Positions 1 to 12,480 are shown, counted from the whole stretch's first letter. The stretch is DNA of 63,987 nt, filler included, from Choristocarpus tenellus KU-1152 (GCA_964200185.2; 13 parts of 13 records of this genome joined end to end with filler, not necessarily neighbours in it), one strand, 5' to 3'. Notes: generated by a model from the letters alone, not told the origin. Translations and numbers: made by a program.

Positions 1-795
1 GAGAACCAGAGTGGCCGGCCGAAGGGAAGGTTGGGGAGGAGAGCAGTGTGACTACGTGCCATTGCGCTGAGGAAACGCCTAAGCGAAAACTCGGGTGTAG
101 AATATCTTAATAGTCGACAGTTGCAGTAGGCCCTAGCTGTTTGGAAGCTATGTGAGCCAGAGTGGCTTAGGAAACGAGAAAGAATGTGTTAGGGTTGGGC
201 TACAAGGGCTCTGAATCCCGAAAGAAGGTAACCCATTTCCGGCGCTCAATGAGGAAATGTGATAGTAAGGGCTCTAACACTGTGAATCCTGTACCTGTGT
301 ATGAACGATGGGAAAGACTGTCAAACAGCGCTCGAGATGGCAGCAGGATATGCGATGGTCAGGTTGGAAACTGTGAGTAAATGGGAGAGAGACTTCCTAA
401 CCAAGGGCCACATCAAGATGTCGGAGCAAGGGCGGGACGAGAGGCGTTTCGTTCTGTGCCTCGACGAGGACATCCCTGCCGAGGTCAAAGAGTGGGTCCG
501 CGAACACACAGAAAGAAAGGATGGGGAGGGTTTTTTCCTGTCTAAACCCTATACTTTAATCAAGTAATAATGTGTCTGTTGCCACTCTTGGTGACCTAAA
601 ATCCAGGGTTCGAACCCCAATATGACCGATTTTTCTTCAAAAATAGAAACAGAAATGGCGAAAAAGAAAAACGAAGCCCTTAGTCTGGAGGGCAATGTGA
701 CGGGCATCACGAATATACTTTTATTTTTTATATCCGATGACTACATCAAAGGTTATGACGGGACAAACCCAGACGCGAAGCTACTGATACCACTA
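1..795 (+). mobile_element. 3' part of a non-autonomous IS630/Tc1/mariner-like element (short deletion form)
   Basis: Colinear with 43917-45347 and 59823-60179. Encodes degenerate 'ETVSKWERDFLTKGHIKMSEQGRDERRFVLCLDEDIPAEVKEWVREH'. Ends in AGACGCGAAGCTACTGATACCACTA|TA, the inverted counterpart of the 5' end at 59024. Confidence 0.75.
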
Positions 796-839
796 TATAT
801 GTCTAATCCTTGATAGCACTTGCATGTACAACTGGGAAG

Positions 840-2200
840 ATTGGGACCGAAGACTCATGAATTATGGGCCTAATCTGAGCTATGTACTTCGCAACGTTTG
901 AAGGTCCAGTTCAGAAGAAACAAGTGTATACTCAGATTAGGCCAAACACAATTTGACGGAGATTGTATTGTGTGACCTTATGGACACCTTGAAGTGAACA
1001 TGGACAAATTGAACACATTTGTGATTAGAGAGATCGGAAATGGGGACTCATTCATTTTAGGCCATGTCAGAGATATATGCTTTGTACATTATGAACGTGT
1101 ATTTCAGAAAGAGCAAGTGTATACTCAGATTAGGCCTGGGGGAAAATGACTCTGATGGTATTCTGTGACCCGTGGGAAGGATTTTCTCAGGGAAAACAAG
1201 GATATTTGTTGACCTATCTTGGGCCTAGTTGGAGTTATATTTTTTTAAAATGAAAGTATATACTCTTATCTGGTGAGACATGTATTGATCTTGACTCTGT
1301 CTTACGACATTTGGGGATCAATTCTCAAAGGAAACACGAGGAGATTTATCGATCATTGTTGGAATCCATGGGTTAATTTGGAACTGGAGTCTCTATGTTG
1401 GAGACAACTGGCAGAGTCGGAACTGAAGCCCCAATGTTACCAAGTGGCAATTAGGCATGCCGCCGCAGCATGATATAAGTTGATGGATGATATTTATTGT
1501 CCTGATCCAATGACTATCACCTGTGGTAAGCGTGAAACAGGAGGATAGCAGAAGTTGGAACCGTGAAGTCACCCACATCAGAACAGATAGTAACTTATGT
1601 GGCATGCATTTTTCCCCCCCTCCTTTGAGTTAACCTTGATTCCACAATGGTTCTTTTTTTTTCTGTCAGACCAGGTACCTGATCCCCTTAATTCCTTGTT
1701 TTATTCTATTTTTCTTTTTTTTTCTTTGCTTTTCTGTCCCTTGTTTAATTTTTTGTTGTCGCTGATATTGATGTTATTGGCTGTTTTACGCACTAGCAGC
1801 TGTCGGTATGCTTCGTGCTTGGGGGGCATGAGACAGGCAATAATTAGATTATACTTGGTACCTTAGGGAAGCTGTGCTTTAGAAAGAAAGAATGTATACT
1901 CAGATGAGGCTAGATGCAGACAGATTTCTCCAAGGAAACAAAGATATTTGTTTTTGGACCTAGTAGGAGTTATGTATTTTTTTGTTCTCTGCCACCGCGC
2001 AATCTGTGTGATTGATGGTATCTATTGCCGACACTGGTGACAATCCCCTGCGGTAGGCGTGAAACACATATTCTTAGTTCACACTGAGGGACATGTTACA
2101 GGCAAAGAGCGCGAGCATTTGTTCTGGTGTTCTAGCAATAGCGAGGAGTATTCAAGATTTGTAGCAAACAGGTGATTTTACAGAATAAATGCTGATTTCT
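840..2200. repeat. Dispersed repeat with internal degenerate repeats
   Basis: About 1770-2130 matches the reverse complement of about 25220-25600. The motif AAGTGTATACTCAGATTAGGC recurs near 922, 1114, 1255 and 1892. Confidence 0.7.
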
Positions 2201-2612
2201 TAGAAGTTGCAGGAAAGATTTGTAATTTGAGTACGTATACAACGGCTGGCAGATGTCTTTCAATTTGTAGTCTGTAGAATTTGGGTGCATGATGCAAATA
2301 AAGAATGCTTTGAATGCCACTAAAGTACGTCTTGATTCACTCTTTATTTCTCGATTAAAACATTAAGTCAAGCTTTGACGTAAGCTCTAATTTTGAGCCA
2401 TCAAGAGAAGAGTGGCTGACACCCGCACGTGGCTATCAACAGTGGAAATATCCTCGTAGTGTCGTTTTAGGGTCATTGGATTAGAGTTACACATCCTGTG
2501 GAGGTGAGGTTTGAAGTGCGTTGTAACATGGAGGTCCTACCAAGATTTCCACATTGTGACATAAGTGACACAAAATTGATTTTGAAAAAGCCATGTACCT
2601 TGACAGATGCCC

Positions 2613-3307
2613 TCACCTTGGCAAAGGAGAATCATTCACCTCCCATCCGAGAAGACCTTGGTGATTATCCTTCCTCGATTTCAGGTGGTCAGGCAGAACA
2701 TCCACTATTTCCTCCAGGTCCTGCACACATATCCATGCACAGCCGTCATGAGCTCGGTCCACTTCAGGCACCTCGCCAATACCAATACCCCAACAATTAG
2801 CTTCATCTGGCGAAATCAATATCCACACATCCATGTAGTTGCGTTAGTTGAAGTACCGCAGAAAGTACTCCTCCTTTCGATACTGGAGGACATCATCACG
2901 GCCATGTCCATCGAAATACAAACCAGATTTTTCGGCATGTTAAGCACACCCAAGCTTTAACAACCAAGTAGTCGCGGTCAAGAGGCTGATAAAGGGTCGA
3001 AGATCCTGCCCTTCATCCACTATGTTGAACTTCATTCCCTTGAAGAGGTCGAACTTGTCTGTCTTCAGATTCGCCACCTTCGACATGACTGTGCTGTTGA
3101 TGTACTAAAGAAATTCTCCGCGGTCATATTGGCCTCCCCACCCTTTCTAGCTATGTGTTCGTGCAACCACTCTTTGACCTCGGAAAGGATATTCTCATCA
3201 ACGCAGAGAACGAAACGCCCCTCGTCGTGCCCTTGCTCCGACACCTTGATGTACCTTTAGTTAGGAATTCTCTCTCCCATTTTCTCACAGTTTCCGACCT
3301 GACCATC
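2613..3307 (-). pseudogene. DDE transposase remnant of the same element family, extending further C-terminally
   Basis: Minus strand reads EVKEWLHEHIARKGGEANMTAENF...ISLLTATTWLLKLGCA*HAEKSGLYFDGHGRDDVLQYRKEEYFLRY, with stops and frameshifts. I recognise WL.KLG...GLY.DGHER.DV..YR from eukaryotic ITm-related DDE transposases. Confidence 0.75.
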
Positions 3308-3564
3308 GAGCCAAAGTATCTTAGAGGGTGGGGCCGCGTCCATTTGAGGACAAAATCCAATGTTGCGAATTTGACGTAATTTTGGCTATCGTTTTGTTAG
3401 GAAGAGACAATGTCCTTGTTCTGGACACACCTTTTCATAACGTATACATTTTACCTACTCGGAAACATTTTGGAGTAGGAAAATGTCATTAAAAAAAACA
3501 TGGGAAGCCAAGCCCCAAATGGACAAACAGGGCAAAACTCGTACCCTCTAAGATACTTTCACTC
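3308..3564. mobile_element. MITE family I (~257 bp) inserted in the transposase remnant
   Basis: TIRs GAGCCAAAGTATCTTAGAGGGT / ACCCTCTAAGATACTTTCACTC. No clear TSD at this copy. Confidence 0.9.
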
Positions 3565-3966
3565 GCATGTCTTCCATAGACCTTGTTCACGCAAATTCAT
3601 CTGAATATAGCTCATTGAGTCAACAACAGGGTCTACTATAATGACCATTTCCACTTGAAATATCGAGCCACATTCTCACTCCACTAATAAAACTGTTTCT
3701 AACCCTGAGCATAATATGGCTATGCAGGAAAATGTTCTTCCATCAAGATGACCAAGCCACGTTTCATGCCACACTGACACTACAGCCTCATTGTACTTGT
3801 GGTGAAAATTTCAAAATGAGCAAAAAGCAGTAATTTCTGTACTGCAGTAAAACTGTGTCGCATTTTCTTAGAGTCTCACTGGCCATCATTTTCCTACCTT
3901 GCACATAGCCCCCTTCCCCACTGCACTAGGTCGCTCACCTCATCTCAGTTCGCTGCACCACACAAA

Positions 3967-4059
3967 GACTCAAAGTATCTGGGGGGGGGGGAGGGGGGGG
4001 CCTACAACAGGGTGTCAATTCGGGCCCTAACCAGGAGAAGTGCACTTACATTATCCATC
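3967..4059. mobile_element. MITE family II, truncated by contig end
   Basis: GACTCAAAGTATCT plus a G-tract; matches the reverse complement of 20186-20277. Confidence 0.85.
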
Positions 4060-4159
4060 NNNNNNNNNNNNNNNNNNNNNNNNNNNNNNNNNNNNNNNNN
4101 NNNTTAATTAATTAANNNNNNNNNNNNNNNNNNNNNNNNNNNNNNNNNNNNNNNNNNNN
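4060..4159. other. Artificial contig linker (N44-TTAATTAATTAA-N44); 12 in the window
   Basis: Identical 100-nt spacers with stops in all six frames at 4060-4159, 11666-11765, 17517-17616, 23042-23141, 26244-26343, 30646-30745, 34062-34161, 37577-37676, 41596-41695, 45841-45940, 56683-56782 and 60180-60279. Confidence 0.99.
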
Positions 4160-7100
4160 CCTCTCTCTTCCACACTCTGTTCATTCCAAACCCCTCCAGT
4201 GACGGGGTTGTTGACTCCATCCATCAAACAGAGGTCAGACACCTTGTTCAAGTTGTCCCTTCTGTTGATGCCTTCGTCATCTGCCACCTGTCCCACTCCT
4301 CCCAAGCCAATAGCATCGCTGCCTGCATTGCAATCACTTGCCACAGTAGATGCTTCCATACCCTCTTCATCAATATCAGCCATTGAACCTACTAATCCAG
4401 CATCCAGTTGCCCAATGCTGCTTTGGGACTCTAGCAAGAGGTCATCAACACGCAGCAGTCTCCTAATCTGCCTGCAGATGGGCATTGGAATGAAGTGAAA
4501 AGACACTTGCCTTTAAAACATGACTTATGCCAATGCTTTACCATCCACTGCTTTAGGTTGGTTGGCCAATTAAAACTTGATTCACACAAGATACCTCTCA
4601 CGCTCAACACAGCCTACTTGTAGGTCCAAGATACCAAGTACATATTACTTTCAAAAATGGAGTGTAAGCATGGCATGCACTCAGTTGAGGACTGTTGATA
4701 GCAACTCTATTCTACATTTAATTCTGCTTGCATCACACAAATCAATCTGCATAAACGCCAAATTAATCCCTTTACCTTTGAAACAGGGCACCCAATAGTA
4801 CTATTTTGGTTTGATACTTTTTTTCACTCAATACAATGTTCAACAAATGGCCATTTTTCTCTCTGTGTCTATCCCTTTGAAGCATATATACAGCACTTAT
4901 TACAGTATTACAGTGCAAACCAGAGTAGTATTGCATATGGGTACATTGCTGTCTTCTTGCCTGCGACCCCATTCCATGTCCTCGGCCAGCTTGCCAATCT
5001 CCTGCCTTAAGTATACAGCCTCTTTTCTGCTTAGCATCTGGGTACGGAAAACCTCGCTTATCTGGAAAACAGGGAAGAAGAGACAAATGTACACACATAC
5101 ACACACACATTTGTGTTGCTCAGGCTCCAGATCGGAATTATGGAAAATAGTATTGCTGGCCTGTAGATAATACAGACTTGGGAAGAGGATGGAAGGGGAC
5201 ACATGTACTCCAACATGGGGAAAAAACTGTGACTAATCGATCTATCACATAGGAAATGTTGTACTTGAAGTGCAACAAGTACTGTACACAAACATGCCAT
5301 TAATAGCTTTCAGTTTGTTCCACTCTACTCTCTCCAGCAGGTTCAATATATATCCTCAATGCCCTAACTATACTCAATATACCTATTAAACACTTCAGTA
5401 CTACTACAGAAAAATACCCCATTATCTAGTATAATTCTTTGAAGTATTAAAAGAACAGTGTACTCCCCTCAATAGACTCGATATACTCCATCAACCTTTT
5501 AGGCTATTGACCTAAAAATATGAATACAAACTCACTCCTGTACCTCAAAAAAGAGGTAAGGGTATCCCACTCTGCATGAAACATCATACATTACACAACA
5601 ATGTGGGCAACTGTCCTCAAGGACAACCCAAATATTTCTCAAACCTTTACAGGCTCTCATGGAACTACAGCGAGTCACATTTCCCACCCAAATAAGTCTT
5701 AGTCAGAAAGATGACTTCCTCCTACTCTAAGCACCAAAGCAATATACTATGTATATTGTATCACCTCCAAGTGTTTCTCTTGACTTGTTCTACATAAAGA
5801 CCTAGACTCACACATAACCTAGACTTACCCGCTTGTTGACATGCAGCACATCACCCACCAGCAGGTCCAGCTCACTAAGTGGTACCTTTTGACCCCTTGG
5901 TCCCTTTGCCATCTTAGCCTTTGCATATGGCGTAACCCCGGGACGATATTTAGCTGACAATCGGGCACCCACAGCCCTCTCCCAGGAGACAATCTGTCCT
6001 TCGTCCACTTTTACCCTATTGTCCATGTCATCCGTGCCATCTTTCTTGCCTGCTGGGACCCCCCCCCGGCCTTGCCCAGCCCCTGTCTCTCCATAAGGTA
6101 TGCCACATATGCCGGATTTCGCCAAACAAAATCCCTGGTAGTGCATTTGATACACTGGAGATGGTGGCTAGACGTTGACTGGTGTTATCTAATCCATGCT
6201 ATTAAAATTAATAAACAGTCATCTTTGTTATCTATGTCAGCAGTTATGCAGGTCTGTAACTGTCACACAGATTAGTAGTAGTGTTTAAGTGAGAGGATAG
6301 GTCTACATTGTCATAATTGTTGGGATTGTACCAACATACACTAACCCAGGGAGTAAGAGAAGGGGAACAGGCCATTGTGAATAAGTGAATGATATCCATC
6401 ATCATCCATTACCATTGAAGTGAAAAGATGGAATAATTCATCTCTCTAAAATAACAGCTACAGCACAGGGTTGCACAGGATAGTTGTCCCTGTTTGTGCC
6501 CAATGATATATGTAACACACTCTAATAAGCAGGGTTGATCAGCAGTGCTATTTTTATCTGCCCATGAGAAGAACACCAATGTCTGCATTTAGACATACAG
6601 CTCTCTACAGTTTTGGTACTTTAGGTGCATACAAATACTAATAGTACTAATATTATAGCCTAATGACAAAATATGTGTAAACAATAATGGTATTTGCTGC
6701 AAAAGAGGCGCTACATGGTCAAGAAAAAATATCATGCCTGACTTGCTTCTAAATGATCAAGAATCTCAACCTGTCCCCCCTGAGTAGAGGCCCTAATTAC
6801 CTCAGTGTTAGATGATCTTGCCTCATGTTAAGCACATTCACCCCAACCAAGCATGATGTATCCAGAAACAAGAACACATTCACAAAGATGCCATAGAGCC
6901 CTCTTACTATACCTCTAAAATTGTCTCTAATATGGCTTTTGGAAACACATGAACAGCTTTCAACAGAAGAGTAAAACTGGCATGTTTGCACTAGACCATT
7001 ATTAGTATGAAATATCTTATACCTAGAACCCACCATGCAAGTAGAGTGTTGTGGTGTAAAGGGATCATAGTCATGGTTTCCATGCCCCACACGCTGAGTA

Positions 7101-10100
7101 CATTCAAGAATCAAGAATCAATAATCAACACTCTTGCAACACAATAGCCAGTATACCCCACCTCAAGCCATCCCCTCTCTCCTCTCTCCTCTTCCCTCAC
7201 ACCCCACTCCCTGCCCTAATATGAACACCCCTCACCTGTGGAAAGAGTACTGCTGGTAGGAGGCGGTTGTTGCTCTCATGTAACCCTCGGACCCCCCTGG
7301 TTGAATTGAATTGAGTTGAATTCCCCCCCGCCCCTGTTACTTCAGGCAGCCTAGTCAGGTCCTCGCTGCTAACCACTTGGGGTGCTCCAATGGGTATATC
7401 CTTGACCCCTACTGTGACTGAAGTGACATTGGATCCTCTGGTTGGACCCACACACGATTTCTCATTTTCGGAAGTTGTTCCAACATCCATCACTATGGTA
7501 CCATTCTGGTACTGTTCTAGGGTGAACTGAAGGCGAGCTAGAGGACCAGTACCTGACTGAAACATGCAGGAGAGGGTATCACAGAGCAGCACACAAACAA
7601 CACAAACACAAACAACACAAACCATGTCGTGTCAACTATCTAGCGTCAATGATGAAGTATGAAGGGAGTACACAAAGTATACAGTTAGGGGAGTGAGATG
7701 GCCCAGTGAAGATAGGAGACTCATAGCAGAGTACATGAAGCAAAACTTGTATTGTTTGTATTGCGCCCTTTTTGATGTAGTGACTGTATTGGATGTACTG
7801 CAAGTACTAATCAGAAATCACTATGGTGTCTGGAGGGCGACTCAAATGACAAAAACGTTGCCCAGATGGTGTGACCATGTGTCTGTAGACTACATAGTAA
7901 AAACAACACGTGCAAGTATGTACAAGCCCTGAAAAGTCTCCCACGCTACAGCATTCTAACTTCTGAGGATGGAGGACGAGGACACAATACTACATAACAT
8001 ATAGTACTACAGTACTACAAACCTTTCATCACTTTCCCCCGCTTGTTGACATGAAAGCACAACCCACATGCTCAACTCCTCTTCAGCACCCTTAATGGCT
8101 ATGGCTGAAATAGAATGGTATATTCAATGGCTCATGCCTCATGGGTAAAGTATTGCTGATAGCAGTCAATTCTTGTATCACCAGGTTATGTTTGATCTGA
8201 TATATGAGTGCTAAATAGGGTGTACTTCCACCATTTTGAAATCTATGCATATTCACCAATGCTAGCAGGAGAGCAGGATCGCGGTACAAACGCCTCCCCA
8301 GGGTGACAGCATCTGAACAGCACCGCAGCATGAACCTCAGTCCAGGGACAATAACATTCCTTACATCACTCAAGAGTACTTGGGGGCATTGGATCACCAT
8401 TGAGCGGACCTTAGGATTTTCAAACAAATTAGAGACCCACCACCATGCACAGAATGCCAAGGGGGAGGGTGTGTTACAGGACATAAAGGACATAAAGGAC
8501 ATACAGGACATACAGGACATACAGGAATAGAGGTAATCCAGTGAGCACGACGAATCAAGGAAAGTAACTGATCGACTTGTCTCTAGAACCCACTCAGTCA
8601 AGTTTATAGCACATGAGACTACTCCCTATACATAGATAGTCCACTTGAAACTGGTTTGCTATTATCTTTTGACAAAGTTGTCACATAATTCTTGCCCAAC
8701 ACAATAACCTATTAAAATAAAAATGACTCTGAAAAGAAAAAAACAGTAATTCTCTAAATGAAATATCAAGCACAGCACTATTATACCTCAAGTCCATTCT
8801 GCACCATTACATTTCCACCTTTCAAAGTCAAAGTGAATATTACTACTCAAAGTAGAACTGGTAATACCAACAATAATAGTAATAGTACCAGGGATGGTAG
8901 TAGTAACAGTGTTACTGATATAAACACCAATAATTTGACTACAGAGTGCTAATCAAACCACATCAAAGTAGACGCCTTTGAAGACACGTCCATCTGAGCC
9001 TTTACTAGTACCCTAACCCTATTAATATACCACACTACTTCTCACCTCATCGGCATTGATGACCCCCTGCAGTGCTGACACTAACCGAGTCAAGCGTGGC
9101 TGTAGACAAAGCTCAATATCACTAAGGAGTATGTCAGGGGCCGAAGATATAGCCTTAGCCATGTCTCCACCACCAAGAAAATTCCGCAGTGCATCAACCC
9201 GTTCTTCAAACTGTCACATGGTATGGTATGGTATGGTATGGTATGGTATGGTATGGTATGATGTGAAAAAATCACAAATCAGTTGAGAACGTATACCTAC
9301 TGCAATTGGTCTACACAATCTCTACCTGACAAAAATAATTCCTATTCTCTACAACAATACCACATTTTAAGTTGAAGTACAGTACACGCATGTGATGTAT
9401 CACTTAGACAGTACTTTGGCTGGTCTGTAACTCACTGATCTACTTTCAAGCCTCTCCAAGTAGCCCTAACATTGTTACCTTCTACTGCACTGCTTGGTAC
9501 ATAACTAAGGTATGTAACATATGACCTTTATAGCATGGACTTCTGACACTGTTAGGGCTATTGACATAGAAATATTCTACCACACTGTAAGTACAGCTAC
9601 AGTAGGTACATTACTACTATGTAGTAGTACATTAAAAAAATCCAATGAAGCATCCACATCTATCATACACTGTACTCGAAACTCAGACAGTTACAGTGTG
9701 TATACGATAGTCTAACTTTTTTCTCCTTATGATAGAACAAGTCAACAATATCATAGAGTGCAACACAGTACAGGGGACTATCGATCATTACCACCTTGTA
9801 TTAACAGGGTGAACAACCTCCAAGGAAGGGCTAGAGGACAGGAATGAAATTATAATAACAATAACAATAACAATTTTACTATAATTCCCATGCACCATGT
9901 AGTTACACTAATGTAGTTTGGAGTATCACCTTACGAATGTCCATGAGGATGATCTTCGGGTACTTGCGGAACAGAAGGTCTGTGTCTAGACCAGGTAGTA
10001 CCTCCAAGTACTTCTTTAGGCGCTGTCCAGTTGCCAGCTTCCTTACCTGCACCACACGCACACATTGTACATCATCTTTAATTGGCCATTCATCGTCAGT

Positions 10101-11344
10101 CATTGTTCACACAGGGAATTAGACCCTACTTCAAAAAATGTCTACCTCTTGTTTACCGTTTCATGATACCTCTTGTTTACATCTCTTATTAATACACTGA
10201 TACACTGTAACTCATCTCCTATCAATATGCTGGTACACCTATCCATCTCCTATTAATACACTGATATACCTATTGATACCTTACCCCTTACCTACCTTAA
10301 TTGTGGAGGGCTATTGAGCAACTATTCCAGATCATGTGTAGGTATTGTTGACTGAGGGGTCATACTAGTACAATGAGGTGAATTGAGAGGTCAAAGCACC
10401 TGCAAAATACCAGTACAACACTTGGTACTAATGTAATAACAATAATTACCATAAATAGTATCAGTAAAGTTTTCGGTATGTACTTCTTCCCCCCCTTCAG
10501 CCCTGACTGATCCATGGGTACTGTGATAGGAATCAATTCTATCAATGTGGGTCACTTTTACCAATAAATGTGAGCATTAATATGGTAGTGTCCAGAAAAA
10601 GCAGCAACAGACATTGGTGTCAACAAATAAAAAGTTCTCGATGATCACTCCATTCCTCATTTTCAAACACACACCCAAGGCCAATTTCATTTTTCTGCCT
10701 GTACAAGATGTTACCTATAGAGACTGTGTACAAGTGAAGTCAGATCAACACCACGCTTTGTGAAGAGGTACACACTAAGAGTGGAGCAAATCAAGCAAGT
10801 AGCTTGGCATGGCGAGGTGTGGGTTTGGCAGGTGAAGAGAACAGAAACCTTGCTCCTGTGGGCTGTGTCTAATGATAAAAATATCAATGAAGAAATGAAA
10901 TGTACTAGCTCTTTTGCCTCAATTGGTCACTTCCACTTCACCATTAACTAATCTCTTGGAGACTACAAGTACCACTGACTCACTCACTCAATGCCAATTA
11001 TGACTGTTGCAATACTGACAGAAACAGATACGGGTCTAGGGTTAGGGTTACATGTTAATACTATGTGAACAACCAATAAACACACAACATAGAAATACGC
11101 TAACTGGTCATATGTCTTCAACCAATCACATGACACATGGGCAAGTGTAACAAGTTATCCCCTCCCCAACCCCTTCCCCCATCAATACTATGGTGACTGC
11201 TCCCAACTGATGTATTAATACTATGATATGGCTACAGGCACACCTGCTTGTCAAAGGTCTTGATGTCGTACAGCACCATGTCTATCTCTGTAGGAGCACC
11301 ACGCTTGCGTGTTGCATCACGGAACCGCAATTGTGCTTCCTGTT
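4160..11344 (-). CDS. Partial multi-exon gene with mTERF-like helical repeats
   Basis: Phase-consistent exons 11244-11344, 9930-10046, 9046-9210, 8257-8409, 7236-7556, 5829-6167, 4961-5061 and 4160-4471. Repeats LFRKYPKIILMDI, AISSAPDILLSDIELCLQPRL, MVIQCPQVLLSDV and LYRDPALL resemble mTERF motifs. Both ends are missing and extra exons are possible. Confidence 0.65.
8478..8526. repeat. 9-bp tandem repeat (AGGACATAM) x5
   Basis: Read directly; intronic. Confidence 0.9.
9218..9260. repeat. (ATGGT)n microsatellite next to a splice acceptor
   Basis: Read directly; lies a few nt from the acceptor AG at 9211-9212. Confidence 0.95.
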
Positions 11345-11346
11345 CT

Positions 11347-11413
11347 AGGTACAGGTAAAGGTACAGGTAAAGGTACAGATATAGGTACAGGTACAGGTAA
11401 AGGTACAGGTACA
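11347..11413. repeat. (AGGTAM)n hexamer microsatellite abutting a splice acceptor
   Basis: Read directly; source of the spurious YLYLYL ORF. Confidence 0.95.
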
Positions 11414-12480
11414 AGGACACAAAGATCAAAGTACTAGATGAATACCACAACAGATACTGTAGAGGGGTAAGGGGTAAACTATAAATAAACACATAAGTGC
11501 ATTCAAGTAGTGTAAGTGTGGACTTGAGTTAGGAGGATAGAGTGCAGTTGTTAGAATCTCATTATTAGCGTGTTCACTCTTCACCATGTGAGGGTGATCT
11601 TAGCAATCACAAGGAAACAATTTATAAGTGCAATCACTTGATGTAGGTCCTTCCTCCCCCACCCCNNNNNNNNNNNNNNNNNNNNNNNNNNNNNNNNNNN
11701 NNNNNNNNNTTAATTAATTAANNNNNNNNNNNNNNNNNNNNNNNNNNNNNNNNNNNNNNNNNNNNCAAATTGCCCGAATGCGAGAATTACGGTACAAAAT
11801 CCTATTTTTGAGCATGTCGAAAAAAGCGGTACAAAATTGATTATTTTTGATCTGGTTCATAATATTTGACCCAAAATCGGGTAACCCACTGAACAGTATA
11901 CCACAACTGTCCGATAGAGTTGGAAGAGTCCAATCGAAGATATGTCCAATTTGAAAACTAACATTGCCCCCTTGAAAATTGTTCACTACTAAGTAATGAT
12001 GATTACATGCAATAATGTATGTGTTGTACGTTTCTATAGACATTAGACAACAGATGAAGTATTGAATTTGAATATATGTTACTTTCCCTTCTGATCTATT
12101 TCATCTCCACATTTTTCCAAAACGAAACTCCTTCAAGACTTGGTCTAATGTCAGACGCCTTCCCTCCTCCCACTTCAAATCAACAAATTGTTCGTATCTA
12201 AGGTTAGACGTCCATAACGTCATTTATCGCTCTTATCAACAACTAGTACCAGGTACGGAAATATGTCAAGTTTATTGGCGACATCATTTTATGGTTCCAT
12301 TTTTGTATCTATTAATTTCTAATTTTGTTTGGATTTCAGCAAACCGTGAACCAGACAGTTCTTTTTCAACCTACCTTCTAATTTCTGACAAGTTCTTCCT
12401 CGCTTCCTCGCTTCCCCACCTCCTCACCTCCACAAATCCACAACTCGAGCGAGCAATACTTCCAACATCAGAATGGATTA

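Noticed and set aside
2613-3307. Assigning the transposase to Sola and making it the mobiliser of the GAG-ended MITEs
   Set aside because: Its own ends are TA-flanked AGTGGTA TIRs, unlike the MITE termini, and I see no Sola motifs.
4104-4115. Recurring TTAATTAATTAA as a biological motif
   Set aside because: Always centred in a fixed N spacer; an assembly linker. Cross-contig adjacency carries no meaning.
10296-10400. Extra exon of the mTERF-like gene
   Set aside because: Good-looking splice signals, but stops in all three frames.
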